Shown: piece by piece, positions 18,361-27,122 of the stretch | Numbering within the stretch: the stretch's first letter is position 1 | Layout of the letters: each line of letters starts with the position of its first letter | NCBI GenBank assembly: GCA_038217285.1 | Contig: JBBQPO010000030.1 | Coordinates: 1-31,895 of the forward strand | Direction of reading: 5' to 3' | DNA from: Chthonomonadales bacterium | Lineage (GTDB): Bacteria > Armatimonadota > Chthonomonadetes > Chthonomonadales > Chthonomonadaceae | Length of the DNA: 31,895 nt | The notes under the pieces: generated by a model | What the model saw: the letters and a program-made list of their open reading frames with translations, nothing else | Database searches by the model: none | Told to the model about the DNA's origin: nothing | Translations under genes and position numbers: made by a program

Positions 18361-18720
18361 TTAGGGGCCGGGAGTGGTGGTCACGTAACCGATCTGTTGC
18401 AGGGAAGCGTCGAAGACACGTCCGCTACTGTCGACGGTGCCGACCACGTTGTTCAACGAATCGTACAGGTAGTTCTGCTGGTACCTGTAAGATGCCGTGA
18501 CGTCGGACGGGTTGCCGTAGGCATCGTACAGGTAGATCGTTGTGGCGGCACCGGCGTGGACGCCGCTCAGCATCAGCCCCACGCAAAGTGTGGTCAGCCA
18601 TGCGGGACGTCTCTTTGACGGTGTGGTCCGTTTAGCGATGACCGCACCGTCCTCTCGCCGGCAACACATTCCGGAAACCGCCGTCCGGCAAAGCTGCCGG
18701 ACCTGTTGTAGTAGTCTCAT
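18361..18720 (-). CDS. Small secreted protein with YD/beta-flower-like repeats
   Basis: SD GAAGGAG before ATG 18720; hydrophobic signal ending VHA-GAA; repeats YLYDAYGN, YLYDSLNNVVGTVD, VFDASLQQIGYV. Confidence 0.7.
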   Translation of the reverse strand: MRLLQQVRQLCRTAVSGMCCRREDGAVIAKRTTPSKRRPAWLTTLCVGLMLSGVHAGAATTIYLYDAYGNPSDVTASYRYQQNYLYDSLNNVVGTVDSSGRVFDASLQQIGYVTTTPGP

Positions 18721-19134
18721 CGTTCTTCTCCTTCGGGATTTTCGTGCCATAACGAACTTGAGCAGAACGTCGTCCAGCTACGACGATGCCGTTGACGAAA
18801 CCGAAGGGGACTGGGTAGACTGCTGGCCGAAGGCCCTTCGGGGCTTTGCACCCCGCCCGTGCCTGCACTCGGCCAAGAGAAAACAGGAGCGGGCGGGCAC
18901 TTATGTAGGGTAATTGACGTATAGGCGGCCCTCGAATAGCGGTCGCAACATGGCGATGATAGCGACTAACCTCGCCGGTGATAGTTTGCAAGATGTGATC
19001 GGTTTGACCAGCCGGTGGACGGCGCCTGCTGAACAGCCTATGCCCTGATTTCTGTGTCATAGAAACGTCCTTTCGCCAACTCGCACTCTTCACATCCAGT
19101 CCGTCGACCCAGGTGTGAAGGCTCAGGCGTCGAA

Positions 19135-19205
19135 CAGAATGTTATGGGTACATTCTGCGAAAATTTGCGCAAACCGACAAGAGGCAGGGAGCGTCATTTG
19201 CGCAA
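19135..19205. promoter_or_regulatory. Operator-like palindromes upstream of the STAND gene
   Basis: CAGAATGT-N7-ACATTCTG (19135-19157); ATTTGCGCAA at 19163-19172 and 19196-19205. Confidence 0.4.
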
Positions 19206-19247
19206 TTTCAGAATTTCATTTTAGGAACCGGACAGGGAGAGAAGAGG

Positions 19248-22200
19248 ATGAAGTTAGCGGAGTACCCGGACAACCGTAGAGGAGCGACAGGGATCGCAAT
19301 CGGGGTGTTTCACGGTGGCGATATGCAGATTGCAGGAATTGATGTCCTGGCGAAACGTGCAACGGCAAAATGGATATTGTCCTATCTCGTCCTCAATCCT
19401 GAGCCGGATGTTCTACAGAGGGAAGCACAGCGCGATCAGAGGAATAAAAAAATCGGAACTCTCTACAGAGCATCCAATAAAGCGATGGAAATAGACATCT
19501 GGAATCATAATGTGGAGAGCGGCAAGGAGAAAATTGCGGGACGGTCAGCACACGTTTCGACAGCACGGCAAACCTTTAGAAAGGCTGTCAAGGAGAGACT
19601 TCCTGAGGGGTGGCGTTTCGAAGAACCAACATTTAGTTCACCCTCTTTCGAAAAGGATAGAAACGAAGACACCGAGGAACTGATCTTTCGGATTTTTCAG
19701 GGGAATGAGGAGATGCTAAGGTTCAGTCGTCTGGGCAGAGACCGCTTACAACTCTGGCTGGCACCTGCAGTAACCATCGACATACAGGTCTTCAATCAGG
19801 CGATGGAAACGAACGATCTGCAGCAACTCGCGTATGCCGAGGGCTTATGCAAGCCTACGGGTATCCTTGAAGGTCGCGAAGGCGACCACGAAACACCCTG
19901 GATCAGCCATCAACGGTCTGTGTTCCAGCACCGTCTCGCGACTCTACGGGATCGTCTCCATACGCACCTCCCGTCCAATGACTCCAGTCCTGAGATACGC
20001 GTCCTGCTTGCCGGCCTTTACCGGTCCGCAGACCGCGCTCGGGAGACCATGCAGCCAGCGATCCTACGCCATATTCCTCGTCCTGCGGCGCTGCAACCGA
20101 TACTCGACGCTGTGCAAAAAGGCAGAGAGAGTCAGTCCCCAACTGCAATTTTCCTGCTGGGGCCGGCGGGTTATGGAAAGACGGTAATGCTGGGCGAACT
20201 CTGCGATACGTTGCGGACACGCGGGCAAGGATGGCTGGGGATTGTGCGCGCGGACGATGTGAGTTTTGCAGATACACATGATGGCGAACGCCTGGACCGG
20301 GCGGTTGGCTTTCTGCTTGGCCATACCAATCAGTCCGCAACCGAGATTGCGGCGATACTCTCTCCCATTCTTGGCCCTGGCGTCCTGGTGATCGACACCC
20401 TTGATCTGATCTTAAATGCCTCTCTCATCCCCGCCCTCCATTCCTTACTTCATGGCCTGCGTCAACAGAACGTGACGACAGTATTCTCGTGCCGAGATGC
20501 CGATTATGGGGACTACTTTTTACCCTCTGACAGGCGTTTGGCGGGTCTGTCCGTCTGTAAGGTATCTGTGCCTCCCTTCACGAACGAAGAGGTACTCGCT
20601 GCGGCTCAAATATACTTCGAGACCAACCCCGGTTCGATGCCGCCAGGTGGAGCTACAGAATTCGCGACAGGCATTACTCGCCTGTCTGAGCACGACCGCC
20701 CACTGCGCGATATTACACAGAGTCCCCTGTTGCTGGGAATCCTATGTGAGCTCTTCGGTAAAGAGGGGGTTGTGCCGTCAGACCTGACTGTCAGCAAGTT
20801 GTATAACGAATACTGGGAACGCAAAGTCGTGCAGAGTCGCATTCTCAAACGGACGCCCGTCCATGTCAGACGTACACAAGAAGCCCGCGTCAAGTTCTGC
20901 TACGATCTGGCCCAGGTCTTGTTTCAGCGGTCTACCGACCGCCTCTACGAATCGGTCGATCCCCTGCTTCTGGAGATCGCCCGCTACCGACCGCGTGAAG
21001 AGGCCTTTCGAGAGTTGCGCAGCGAATACGTCATTGAACAACCCTCGTGGGACCGCATCCGCTTTTTCCACCAGACCTTCGAAGAGTTTGCGATCGCATG
21101 TTGGCTCCACGCAGAGGCGGGACGAGTAGAAAAGCAGAATCTGTTGAGTGGACTACAGGGCGGGCAAATGACGACAAAAGCCCACTGGTGGCCTGTCATC
21201 CGACAGCTTCTGGTCAGAATGGAAGAATCAGAGTTCCAGCAGTGGGCGGAAACATTGCAGGAGACCTCCATCCCGGCCTTCCGGGCGGTTGCTCTGGCTA
21301 CAGTGGCGCGTGCAGACGGCGCCTCCTATCTGCCCACATTGCTTCCGATCGCTCTGAAGCGCGGCCCTCTTCACCAGGACACTCTCCTTCTGGCCATCAA
21401 CTCCAGTCCGACGCATCTGGCGGCTGTCACCTGGAAACTTCTTCTTGGCTTACTGAAATCCTGCGGCAAGCCGCATGCAACTCGTGTCGCCATGTTGATC
21501 GGCGCCCAACTGGCGCGCCAGACACCCAACAGCCAGCAGTTAGAAGAGACATTACGAACAATCGACGGAAGACAGCCGTCCATGGTGGGAGAGCCCAGGG
21601 GAAACAGAGGCGATGACCGTGCAGAGATCATCGGCAAACTCCTAGAAGGGTATCGCCAGGGGACGATCCGATCCCTCTCTGACGTCGAACGCCACGTCTT
21701 TCGCGAGCATTATGGAATCTTGAGCGACGATACCCGCACGGAGATTGTTCGCCTCCACCTCGCAGCGAACATCGACATGCCGGAAAGGTGCCAGTTGCTT
21801 ACCGTAGCGCAGGGTTTTCCTGCCCCGAAAGCACTTCGCGAAGAGATGGCGGCCCTTGTATCAGATTGTCTTCCTGGGGCGGGTGATAACGACCGATCAT
21901 CCCTCTGGTCCTGGTGGCTCGAAATACATACGCCGGACAGCGCCCCCATGGAACGCTGGCTCCTTGTATACGAGAAAGTGATGGGGTGGCGTGCGCAGAA
22001 TGTTGTGGGACTGCTCGACAAACTCGTGGAAGACCTGTGTTTTGGGGATAAGGACCGAACGAATGCGGACTTGATTGCGCTGGAAGAGTCAGCCAGAGCG
22101 CACGGCGCAGCAGCCGTCCATGAAGCTCTACGGCGTCACACGGCAGGCCCCAGGAGTCCCTTGCGTCCGGGTGCCATCGAATTTCTGTCGAAAGCACTCT

Positions 22201-23006
22201 CTAAATTGAATTCCGATACGCCCAATGGAAACAGAGACGATATTACGGCGGGTAAGACCGTGGACGAACTCTTGATCTTTGCGCGCGGCGCTTATCCCAT
22301 TCAGGCGGCCCGACATTTATTTAATATGGCGGCCACCGAACCGCGTCCAGATGTAGATGACTTGCTCTTACTCCTCAACTCGAAAATAGTCGGAGTACGC
22401 GTTTATGGAGTGAGGGGGTTGCGCGAACGTTTGCAGCAGGGATCACAGTTTTCGCAAGTTCAAATAGCGGCCCTCTGTGCAGCCTTAAATAAAGAAACCA
22501 CCACCGCATGCGCCACCGGTCTCTGTCAGCTCATGGGAGAATGGACACGGAATACCCGGCGGGCGCTTCCATTGATCGGTGAAGCCCTGGGAACCCTTGC
22601 GCCTCGGATGACGACTGCTGGAACCTGCGATAGCGGGGTAGTGAGATATGTGATCGAAAGCCTGAATTCGCTTTCTCGCCATGCGCCGCCGGAACTCCTC
22701 CATCGTATTGGTATGTGGTTACAGGACCTCCTCGATGTGACAGACATGCAGAAGGTCGGGAATTGGAAGAAGATTCGAAGCACGTTTGCCCGAATCACAG
22801 GCACCGATTCGAAGTACCTGGAAGCGTTAATCGGCCACATGCGCCAGACATCTTACCCTTATGCCACCAATGTCATGGCCGTCGCGGAGACAATCAATCA
22901 AGTGGAAACCCGGAATTCGCCGACCTTTGATTCCCTGCTGAAGGATCCGCACTGTCCTGAAGTCGTGAAGGCATTTATCATCGACTTGCGCGACGGGCAT
23001 GCCTGA
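19248..23006 (+). CDS. STAND (NACHT/Avs-like) NTPase with diverged SARP/BTAD-like N-terminus and helical-repeat C-terminus
   Basis: Walker A GPAGYGKT, Walker B VLVIDTLD, sensor VFSCR, SPLLLGILCEL, WHD motif RFFHQTFEEFAIA; N-terminal KWILSYLVL and IDIQVF...GILEG...PWI. Confidence 0.8.
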   Translation: MKLAEYPDNRRGATGIAIGVFHGGDMQIAGIDVLAKRATAKWILSYLVLNPEPDVLQREAQRDQRNKKIGTLYRASNKAMEIDIWNHNVESGKEKIAGRSAHVSTARQTFRKAVKERLPEGWRFEEPTFSSPSFEKDRNEDTEELIFRIFQGNEEMLRFSRLGRDRLQLWLAPAVTIDIQVFNQAMETNDLQQLAYAEGLCKPTGILEGREGDHETPWISHQRSVFQHRLATLRDRLHTHLPSNDSSPEIRVLLAGLYRSADRARETMQPAILRHIPRPAALQPILDAVQKGRESQSPTAIFLLGPAGYGKTVMLGELCDTLRTRGQGWLGIVRADDVSFADTHDGERLDRAVGFLLGHTNQSATEIAAILSPILGPGVLVIDTLDLILNASLIPALHSLLHGLRQQNVTTVFSCRDADYGDYFLPSDRRLAGLSVCKVSVPPFTNEEVLAAAQIYFETNPGSMPPGGATEFATGITRLSEHDRPLRDITQSPLLLGILCELFGKEGVVPSDLTVSKLYNEYWERKVVQSRILKRTPVHVRRTQEARVKFCYDLAQVLFQRSTDRLYESVDPLLLEIARYRPREEAFRELRSEYVIEQPSWDRIRFFHQTFEEFAIACWLHAEAGRVEKQNLLSGLQGGQMTTKAHWWPVIRQLLVRMEESEFQQWAETLQETSIPAFRAVALATVARADGASYLPTLLPIALKRGPLHQDTLLLAINSSPTHLAAVTWKLLLGLLKSCGKPHATRVAMLIGAQLARQTPNSQQLEETLRTIDGRQPSMVGEPRGNRGDDRAEIIGKLLEGYRQGTIRSLSDVERHVFREHYGILSDDTRTEIVRLHLAANIDMPERCQLLTVAQGFPAPKALREEMAALVSDCLPGAGDNDRSSLWSWWLEIHTPDSAPMERWLLVYEKVMGWRAQNVVGLLDKLVEDLCFGDKDRTNADLIALEESARAHGAAAVHEALRRHTAGPRSPLRPGAIEFLSKALSKLNSDTPNGNRDDITAGKTVDELLIFARGAYPIQAARHLFNMAATEPRPDVDDLLLLLNSKIVGVRVYGVRGLRERLQQGSQFSQVQIAALCAALNKETTTACATGLCQLMGEWTRNTRRALPLIGEALGTLAPRMTTAGTCDSGVVRYVIESLNSLSRHAPPELLHRIGMWLQDLLDVTDMQKVGNWKKIRSTFARITGTDSKYLEALIGHMRQTSYPYATNVMAVAETINQVETRNSPTFDSLLKDPHCPEVVKAFIIDLRDGHA

Positions 23007-23040
23007 CATACAACATTAAGGTATGGTCTTCACTCTTCTC

Positions 23041-23802
23041 TCAGGAGGTCGATTGGGGACGCTGTAGGGGCAGTTTGATGGTAAAGGTTGTGCCGCGGTC
23101 GGGCAGGCTCTCCATCTCCATGGAGCCCTGGAGCAGCTCTACATACCGATGCACGAGCGGCAGGCCGATCTCCCAGCCCTCGTAGCCGCGCGTCGGGGAG
23201 TTTTCGAGTAAGGGGAACGGTCCCATCATATTGAAAACCGCTTCCGGGGGCAGATGCAGAGCGGTGTCGTGGGTGCGAATAAGCAAGGCGTCGGCGCTGC
23301 GCTCGGCGCTCAGCACGACATGGCCGCCAGGAGGCGTGGAGCGCAGCCCGCTTGCCAGCAGATGATAGATGATATGCCGGACGATCTTCTCATCGGTTTC
23401 GACCTGTCCCAACCCCTCCGCCAACTCCAGTTGAAACCCGACGCCTCGGCGCGCCGAGAGGGGCGACAGGACGCTGTGCAGGCTCTGCAGCACATCGGCG
23501 ATCTCCACCATCCGGTAACGCAGCACCAGATTTCCAGCCCGAATATGCAGGAGATCGAGCAGATTGTTGACCACCTCCAGCAGATTGTGCGCCGACTCTT
23601 CGATATGCCCCAGCGCGGTGCGCTGGGCGTCATTCAGAGGACCATACGTGTCCTCGAGCAACAGTTCCGAAAAGCCTAGAATGGCGGTCAAAGGGGTGCG
23701 CAGCTCATGCGAAGCGTTCGCGAGAAAGCGGCCTGCCAGGTGCTGCGTCAGCGCCGCTTCGCTCTCTAAAGGAGGGTCCGGGTCCGGGTCTATAACGCTC
23801 AT
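23041..23802 (-). CDS. Sensor-less HisKA + degenerate HATPase_c protein (pseudo-kinase or phosphotransferase candidate)
   Basis: H-box FLANASHELRTPLTAILGFSELL intact; N, G1 and G2 boxes altered. Confidence 0.85.
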   Translation of the reverse strand: MSVIDPDPDPPLESEAALTQHLAGRFLANASHELRTPLTAILGFSELLLEDTYGPLNDAQRTALGHIEESAHNLLEVVNNLLDLLHIRAGNLVLRYRMVEIADVLQSLHSVLSPLSARRGVGFQLELAEGLGQVETDEKIVRHIIYHLLASGLRSTPPGGHVVLSAERSADALLIRTHDTALHLPPEAVFNMMGPFPLLENSPTRGYEGWEIGLPLVHRYVELLQGSMEMESLPDRGTTFTIKLPLQRPQSTS

Positions 23803-23818
23803 ATTGCCCTTCCTGAAT

Positions 23819-23847
23819 TTGACAAAGAACCTTCCCTGTGGTAGAAT
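23819..23847 (+). promoter_or_regulatory. Sigma70 promoter of tRNA-Met
   Basis: TTGACA (23819-23824), 17 nt spacer, TAGAAT (23842-23847) with extended TG. Confidence 0.88.
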
Positions 23848-23859
23848 ATTGATCGCTGC

Positions 23860-23933
23860 GGCAGAGTAGCTCAGTTGGTTAGAGCACGCGGTTCATACCC
23901 GCGTTGTCCAGAGTTCGAGTCTCTGCTCTGCTA
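23860..23933 (+). tRNA. tRNA-Met(CAT), elongator type; CCA not encoded
   Basis: Cloverleaf: acceptor GGCAGAG/CTCTGCT, D-arm GCTC/GAGC, anticodon arm CGCGG-TTCATAC-CCGCG, T-arm CAGAG-TTCGAGT-CTCTG; paired 1:72 position argues against initiator tRNA. Confidence 0.93.
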
Positions 23934-23950
23934 TTTTCGAGACACTTGGG

Positions 23951-23980
23951 GACGGGTTAGAGAGGATACTCTGACCCGTC
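23951..23980 (+). terminator. Hairpin after tRNA (terminator or processing stem)
   Basis: GACGGGTTAGAG-AGGATA-CTCTGACCCGTC, 12 bp with one G-U pair. Confidence 0.55.
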
Positions 23981-24038
23981 TTCGTGTTGTCTCACGCCCA
24001 TTGTCGATAAATATACCCATTCCCGACCGAGGCCCGCC

Positions 24039-25034
24039 ATGAACTCGAACGACAACATCGCCACTGTGCGGAACCTGCGGAAGTGTTACGATACTCTGAC
24101 CGCCGTAGACGACATAAGTTTCGAGATTAAACGCGGCGAGATCTTCGGTCTGCTCGGGCCGAACGGCGCAGGCAAGACCACCACCATCAGCATGCTCGCC
24201 GGCATTCTGCCGCCTACGAGCGGGGAGATCGTCGTGGATGGTCATGACGCCTCGCAGGCCGGAGCGGCGGTGAAGCGGGCGCTGGGCGTCGTCCCGCAGG
24301 AGCTCGCCATCTATCCGAAACTGACCGGGCGAGAGAACCTTGATTTCTTCGGAGAGCTCTATGGCCTCCACAAGAGCGACCTGACTCAGCGGACGATGCA
24401 GATGCTGACGCTGGTCGGCCTGGAAGATCGCGCCGGTTCGCGTGCGGAAACCTACTCCGGCGGTATGAAACGTCGGCTCAATCTCGCCATCGGTTTGATG
24501 CACAACCCGCGTCTCCTCCTCCTAGACGAACCGACAGTCGGCGTCGATCCGCAGTCCCGCAACCATATTTTCGAAGGCGTCCGCGCCCTGAACAAGCAGG
24601 GCCTCACGATTCTCTACACAAGCCACTATATGGAGGAGGTCGAAGCCCTCTGCAACCGCGTGGGCATCATGGACCGCGGCAAACTGGTCGCATGCGATAC
24701 CGTCCCCAACCTCATCGCCGGCCTGGGCGGCGCGGTGATCGAAGTCGGTGTCGGCAGCCTCGAAATTTCGGAGGCGCAACTGCACCAACTCCGCGGCATG
24801 GAACACGCTGAGAGTGTTGAATTCGTTCCGGTCGTTGCTCCGGAAGGCGAGCCGACAGATCTCGCCCCTCCCGCCAACCTGCTCCGTATCCGCGCCCGAC
24901 AGCTCGACAAAACGCTGCCGGAACTGATCGCCGCACTCTACGACGTGAAGATTCCGCTAAGGTCTCTCAACATCCAGCAGCCGACCCTGGAGACCGTTTT
25001 CCTGGCCCTGACCGGCAAATCGCTAAGAGACTGA
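24039..25034 (+). CDS. ABC transporter ATP-binding protein (DrrA/ABC-2 type)
   Basis: GPNGAGKTT, YSGGMKRRL, LLLLDEPTVGVDPQSR, TSHYMEE, PTLETVFL. Confidence 0.95.
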   Translation: MNSNDNIATVRNLRKCYDTLTAVDDISFEIKRGEIFGLLGPNGAGKTTTISMLAGILPPTSGEIVVDGHDASQAGAAVKRALGVVPQELAIYPKLTGRENLDFFGELYGLHKSDLTQRTMQMLTLVGLEDRAGSRAETYSGGMKRRLNLAIGLMHNPRLLLLDEPTVGVDPQSRNHIFEGVRALNKQGLTILYTSHYMEEVEALCNRVGIMDRGKLVACDTVPNLIAGLGGAVIEVGVGSLEISEAQLHQLRGMEHAESVEFVPVVAPEGEPTDLAPPANLLRIRARQLDKTLPELIAALYDVKIPLRSLNIQQPTLETVFLALTGKSLRD

Positions 25035-25045
25035 GGGGAGTCACG

Positions 25046-26071
25046 ATGACGACGCCAACGGAGCCGTTGCGAACGGTGGCATGGAACGAAGGGCGTGTGC
25101 GGCTGATAGATCAGACCGTCCTCCCGGCGCGTCTGGACTATATCCAGTACAGCGACTGGCGGGAAGTGGCGGAGTCGATCCGGACGATGGTGGTGCGCGG
25201 CGCCCCTGCCATCGGCTGCACGGCAGCGCTCGGCATGGCCCTCGGCGCGCAGAGTCTTACGGAACAGGCACGGCAGCCCTTTCTCGCGCAACTGGATCAC
25301 ATTGCCGACGTGTTTCGCGGGTCACGCCCGACGGCCGTGAATCTGTTCTGGGCCGTGGATCGCCTGGTGGCGCTGGCCGCGCGGACGGAGGGCTCCACGG
25401 CCGCGATTCAAGCCGCCCTGCTCGCCGAGGCGCTGGCGATGCTGGAAGAGGATGTCGAAACCAACCGCCGCCTGGGCCGGTTCGGAGCCGCGTTGCTGCC
25501 GAACGAAGGAACCGTGTTGACCCACTGCAACGCGGGCGCACTCGCCACCGTCGGCTACGGAACCGCGCTTGGCGTGATCCGGGCGGCGGTCGAGGCGGGC
25601 AAGCAAATTCATGTGCTGGCCGATGAGACGCGGCCCCGGCTGCAAGGCATGAAACTGACCGCCTGGGAATTGGCGCGGGACGGCATCCCGGTCACCATTA
25701 TCGCCGACAACATGGCCGCCGATCTGATGCGTCAGGGTCGGATCGACTGCGTGGTCGTCGGGGCGGACCGCATCGCGGCCAATGGCGACACCGCCAACAA
25801 GATCGGAACCTATGGCGTCGCGATCGCCGCGCACTATCATCGGGTGCCCTTCTACGTCGCCGCCCCGTTCTCCACCATCGACCTGAGTCTGGCGACCGGC
25901 GACGAGATCCCTATCGAACGTCGTGACGACACCGAAATGACGCACATCAACGGCATTCGCATCGCCCCCGCAGGCGTTCCCGTCCTCAACCCCTCGTTCG
26001 ATGTCACCCCCGGCGACCTCGTCACTGCCTTTATGACCGAGCGAGGCGTCCTCAAGCCGCCCTTCGTGTAG
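25046..26071 (+). CDS. mtnA: S-methyl-5-thioribose-1-phosphate isomerase
   Basis: IDQTVLP, MVVRGAPAIG, SRPTAVNL, LTHCNAGALAT, DETRPRLQG, GADRIAANGDTANKIGTY, NPSFDVTP. Confidence 0.96.
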   Translation: MTTPTEPLRTVAWNEGRVRLIDQTVLPARLDYIQYSDWREVAESIRTMVVRGAPAIGCTAALGMALGAQSLTEQARQPFLAQLDHIADVFRGSRPTAVNLFWAVDRLVALAARTEGSTAAIQAALLAEALAMLEEDVETNRRLGRFGAALLPNEGTVLTHCNAGALATVGYGTALGVIRAAVEAGKQIHVLADETRPRLQGMKLTAWELARDGIPVTIIADNMAADLMRQGRIDCVVVGADRIAANGDTANKIGTYGVAIAAHYHRVPFYVAAPFSTIDLSLATGDEIPIERRDDTEMTHINGIRIAPAGVPVLNPSFDVTPGDLVTAFMTERGVLKPPFV

Positions 26072-26074
26072 CGT

Positions 26075-26962
26075 CTAACGACCCTGGATTTCGGCGAGGA
26101 AGGCGCGGACGACGGTGCGACGGGTTCCCGCGCGCTTGACCAGCATCCCCGAGGGGCGACGGAAGCGCTCGGCAGCGGCGATAGGGACGACGGCCAGGAT
26201 GCCCTCACGCACCTCCTGCCGCACCGTATCGATGGGGACGAGCGCGACGCCGCTGCCGATCTCGACCAAATTCTTGATCGTCTCGATGTTGTCGACGGAC
26301 ATAACCACGCGGACATGGGTGTTGCTCTCGCGCAGGCGGGCGTCGATCAGGCGGCGGGTCGGAATGTCGTCGGCGAAGGCGATGAACGCCAAATTCTCCA
26401 GTTGCGGCAGAGTCACGGTCGATTCCTGGGCCAGCGGATGTTCGGGGGCGCAGATAAGCGCGACCTCCTGTTCATCGAAAGGCAGCACCTCGATACCGAC
26501 ACGCTCCGTCGGGCAGGCCACAATTCCCACGTCCACCGCTCCGGACAGCACGTCCCGATAGACCTTGTCGGTCTGGCTATACTCCAGATGCACATTCACC
26601 TGTGGATGCCGCGCGAGAAACGGCTTAAGGCGACCGGGCAGCGCATGCAGCCCCACGGAGTAGACCGTCGCCACCCGCACGGTGCCAGCGACCTCATCGG
26701 ACAGGCCGCGCAGCCGGGCTTCCAACTCCCCGAACTCGTTCAGGAGCGGCTTCGCGCCCTCATACAGGATCCGGCCCGCCTCGGTCGGTGCGATCCGTCC
26801 TCGCCCCTTGCCTCGCTCCAGCAGAACTTGTCCGAATTCGCGCTCCAGCACCCGCAGCCGCTGACTGACCGCCGACTGCGACACAAAGTTACGCTCCGCC
26901 GCCTGCGTAAACGACTCCGTCTCGACCAGATCACAGAACATTTGCAAAGTGGTTGTTTCCAT
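26075..26962 (-). CDS. LysR family transcriptional regulator
   Basis: SFTQAAERNFVSQSAVSQRLRVLE HTH; PTEAGRILY; DNIETIKNLVEIGSGVALVP. Confidence 0.95.
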   Translation of the reverse strand: METTTLQMFCDLVETESFTQAAERNFVSQSAVSQRLRVLEREFGQVLLERGKGRGRIAPTEAGRILYEGAKPLLNEFGELEARLRGLSDEVAGTVRVATVYSVGLHALPGRLKPFLARHPQVNVHLEYSQTDKVYRDVLSGAVDVGIVACPTERVGIEVLPFDEQEVALICAPEHPLAQESTVTLPQLENLAFIAFADDIPTRRLIDARLRESNTHVRVVMSVDNIETIKNLVEIGSGVALVPIDTVRQEVREGILAVVPIAAAERFRRPSGMLVKRAGTRRTVVRAFLAEIQGR

Positions 26963-26988
26963 AGCGTTCTTTACGTCGTGCCTTTTCT

Positions 26989-27054
26989 ATTAGTTCTGCT
27001 TATAATTCACATCTTACCATTTCACTTTTCTTTTTGCAAGTCCTGTGCTATCAT
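26989..27054 (+). promoter_or_regulatory. LysR box and extended -10 for the sdh operon
   Basis: ATTA-N7-TTAT (26989-27003, T-N11-A); TGcTATCAT (27046-27054) without a good -35. Confidence 0.5.
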
Positions 27055-27122
27055 AGTTCCAGTAGGATTACGGGGCGTGCGTTGCTGCACGGTTATCCCC
27101 TGAACCGTGAAGGGAGAGAGTC

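Noticed and set aside
18780-18900. Canonical c-di-GMP-I riboswitch
   Set aside because: Only the GCAAAGC linker matches; kept as an unassigned structured leader.
18632-19093. 153-aa minus-strand ORF (alternative ATG at 19060 with a GAAAGGA SD)
   Set aside because: No recognisable motifs, Arg/Pro-rich composition, and overlaps the better-supported 18361-18720 gene; not excluded but unsupported.
23860-23933. tRNA as integration site of the accessory block
   Set aside because: The block lies 5' of the tRNA, beyond the kinase gene; no integrase and no duplicated tRNA 3' end seen.
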